This document shows, piece by piece, positions 62,256 to 64,000 of a stretch of 64,000 bases of DNA (positions are counted from its first letter, which is position 1; the number at the start of each line of letters is the position of its first letter). The stretch is taken from positions 66,278,001 through 66,342,000 of the forward strand of contig CM060733.1 of NCBI GenBank assembly GCA_030704615.1, given 5' to 3'. This DNA is from Takakia lepidozioides (lineage: Eukaryota > Plantae > Bryophyta). Below the pieces are notes generated by a model that worked only from the letters and a program-made list of their open reading frames with translations, was not told the origin of the DNA and made no database searches. A program made the translations under genes and the position numbers.

Positions 62256-63289
62256 GCCTGCAACGCGAGCCCTTTTGGGCGTGCATAGACATTTGATACT
62301 TGTCCAATTCACCAAGGGTAGAGAGGTGTCAAGGTGGAATATGCATATGTTCTGGCAACCTGTCCTTCCAAAGTTTTGGTATGGACTGGGAAGATGAGAG
62401 ACTTACCCAGCATATCAGTCTTATGCAGCTAAGGGTTTAGAGCTTAAACCCTTTCTGGATTTGTGCATAAGAGTAATATGCTGCAAATGTCTCTCATCTT
62501 AGTCAGAGCAGATTGCTCTGCTGCATTTTTTAAAATGAATGATGAACAATGCTTGTTTGAAACACACATTATTTAGCTCCACAGAGCACCTGAAGCTGGA
62601 TAGCGACCACACTAAGCAAAGGGTTTCCAGACCGCAAAAAACTTTTACAGATATGTCAATTTCTTCACATCTTATCAGTTCATGATACTTTCTATGATAC
62701 ATGAGAGATGAGGTATGCATTTTTGAAGGGTACTTGAGAGTGCTCGATTGTTGTAGTATTATGCTTTACTAGGGCTAATACTGAAAAACACAGTACAAAG
62801 TTGTTTAGGGTTTAGGGTTCACAGAAAAAGCCTGTACCCAGTTCTATTTGGACATAGGAAAGGTTGCAGAATTACTAACCATCACTGCAAGAATGTCAAC
62901 TTCAATTGGCAAGAGCTGTGTTCGGTCCTTGAGGACACCCTCAACTTTGAAAAAGCCTGTACCCAGTTCTAGCTGTGCCACATCTGATCTCCATGCTTCG
63001 AAGCTAGCTGCAATCTCGACCGCAGGTGCTTTCAATCACACTGTCTTACAATGGTGTTAGCAATGGCATAGAATCCCTGAAATGGGGTATGGGTTGTGCA
63101 GCTTAAGTTGGAGCATCACCCTTAGGCGGGCATCTATTGATGATTTGTGCAGAGGCAGGGATAGCTGAAGAAGCAGGGATAGGGATAGAGTGTGGGTGCA
63201 GATTCATCCAATGCGGCCATGTTTCAAGCACAAATTACATGTGCAGGGCGACTCAAAGAAGCTTTACAGCCTTTAAACTAAGGAGGCAT

Positions 63290-63975
63290 TTCAAATACTT
63301 ATGTCTGTCTCTTGCATAAGTGCATCAAGATGAAGGGCCTGGAAGCTGGAAAGTAGGTGCACGGAGCTCACATTTTCCAAAACGGATTCAAGCCTAACGT
63401 CGTTTTGATGCACAACACCCTTGTCAACATGTATGTTAAGTGCGGGAGCATCGTGGATGCTCATGACCAAGTGTTCAGCAGAATGCCTCAACTATCTTTG
63501 ATCACGTGGAATATAATGTTGGCAGGATTTACCAAGCATGGGTGTGGTAGGAATGCTTTGGAGACCTATGAGCAAATGTTGCGTGAAGGGGTGAAGCCCA
63601 ACCACATCGTTTGTTTGTGTTTGCAATGCGTGTGCAAGTCTGAGAGCCCTGGAAAAGGGGGAAGAGGTCCATGGTGACATCGTCAAAGCTGGAATTGTAC
63701 CAGATGTCATTCTGAACAATGCCCTGGTGGACATGTATGCCAAATGTGGGTGCATTAAGGATGCGAAGGGAGCTTTCAACACTATGGCTGAACGAGGTGT
63801 GGTGTCGTGGAATGCGATGCTTGCACAGTATGCACAACAAAGACATGGTATGGAGGCTTTGGAGACCTATGATGGGGGAAGGGATGAAGCCCGACCACAA
63901 CACGTCTATGTGTATATGCAAAGCGTGTGCAAGCCTGGAAAAGGGCAAAGAGGTCCATGGTGACATTGTCTGGAA
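63290..63975 (+). pseudogene. PLS-class pentatricopeptide repeat protein remnant
   Basis: NTLVNMYVKCGSIVDA, TWNIMLAGF, NALVDMYAKCG, VSWNAML; stop at ~63354 and frameshifts. Confidence 0.88.
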
Positions 63976-64000
63976 ATATGGATTTTTCAGAGAGTTCGCC

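Noticed and set aside
62800-62820. Telomere-like TTTAGGG repeats
   Set aside because: Only about two units; too short to call an interstitial telomere

Overview
Eukaryotic, TE-dense window from a land plant that probably has flagellated sperm (PLS-type PPR remnant, plant-type bifunctional AIR carboxylase, CEP164-like fragment); about 90% is nested transposons. Main contents: (1) two copies (30548-40776, rearranged; 47294-59236, full length, minus strand) of a Ty3/Gypsy-type retroelement whose polyprotein reads gag-protease-C5 DNA methyltransferase-RT-RNaseH-DDE integrase-PHD finger. The complete copy lacks ordinary paired LTRs. It has split direct repeats (B...ORFs...A-GC-B-A), a 4-bp TSD and a 16-nt self-complementary primer site instead of a tRNA PBS. 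(2) Three copies of an Athila/Tat-like LTR family with a 1184-codon 3' extra ORF; one is bounded by both LTRs and a TSD (17168-27810, GAGTC). (3) Two arms of a putative DNA transposon family ending in GCTCATGAAATAG; one carries a spliced beta-class (N4C/N6A) DNA-methyltransferase-like pseudogene, the other a DDE/SWIM transposase-like pseudogene. (4) Remnants of CACTA, chromovirus, LINE, MITE-like and tRNA-like elements. (5) An intact intronless ADE2/PurKE gene and a PPR pseudogene at the right end. All family assignments come from motif recognition by eye; no searches were run.
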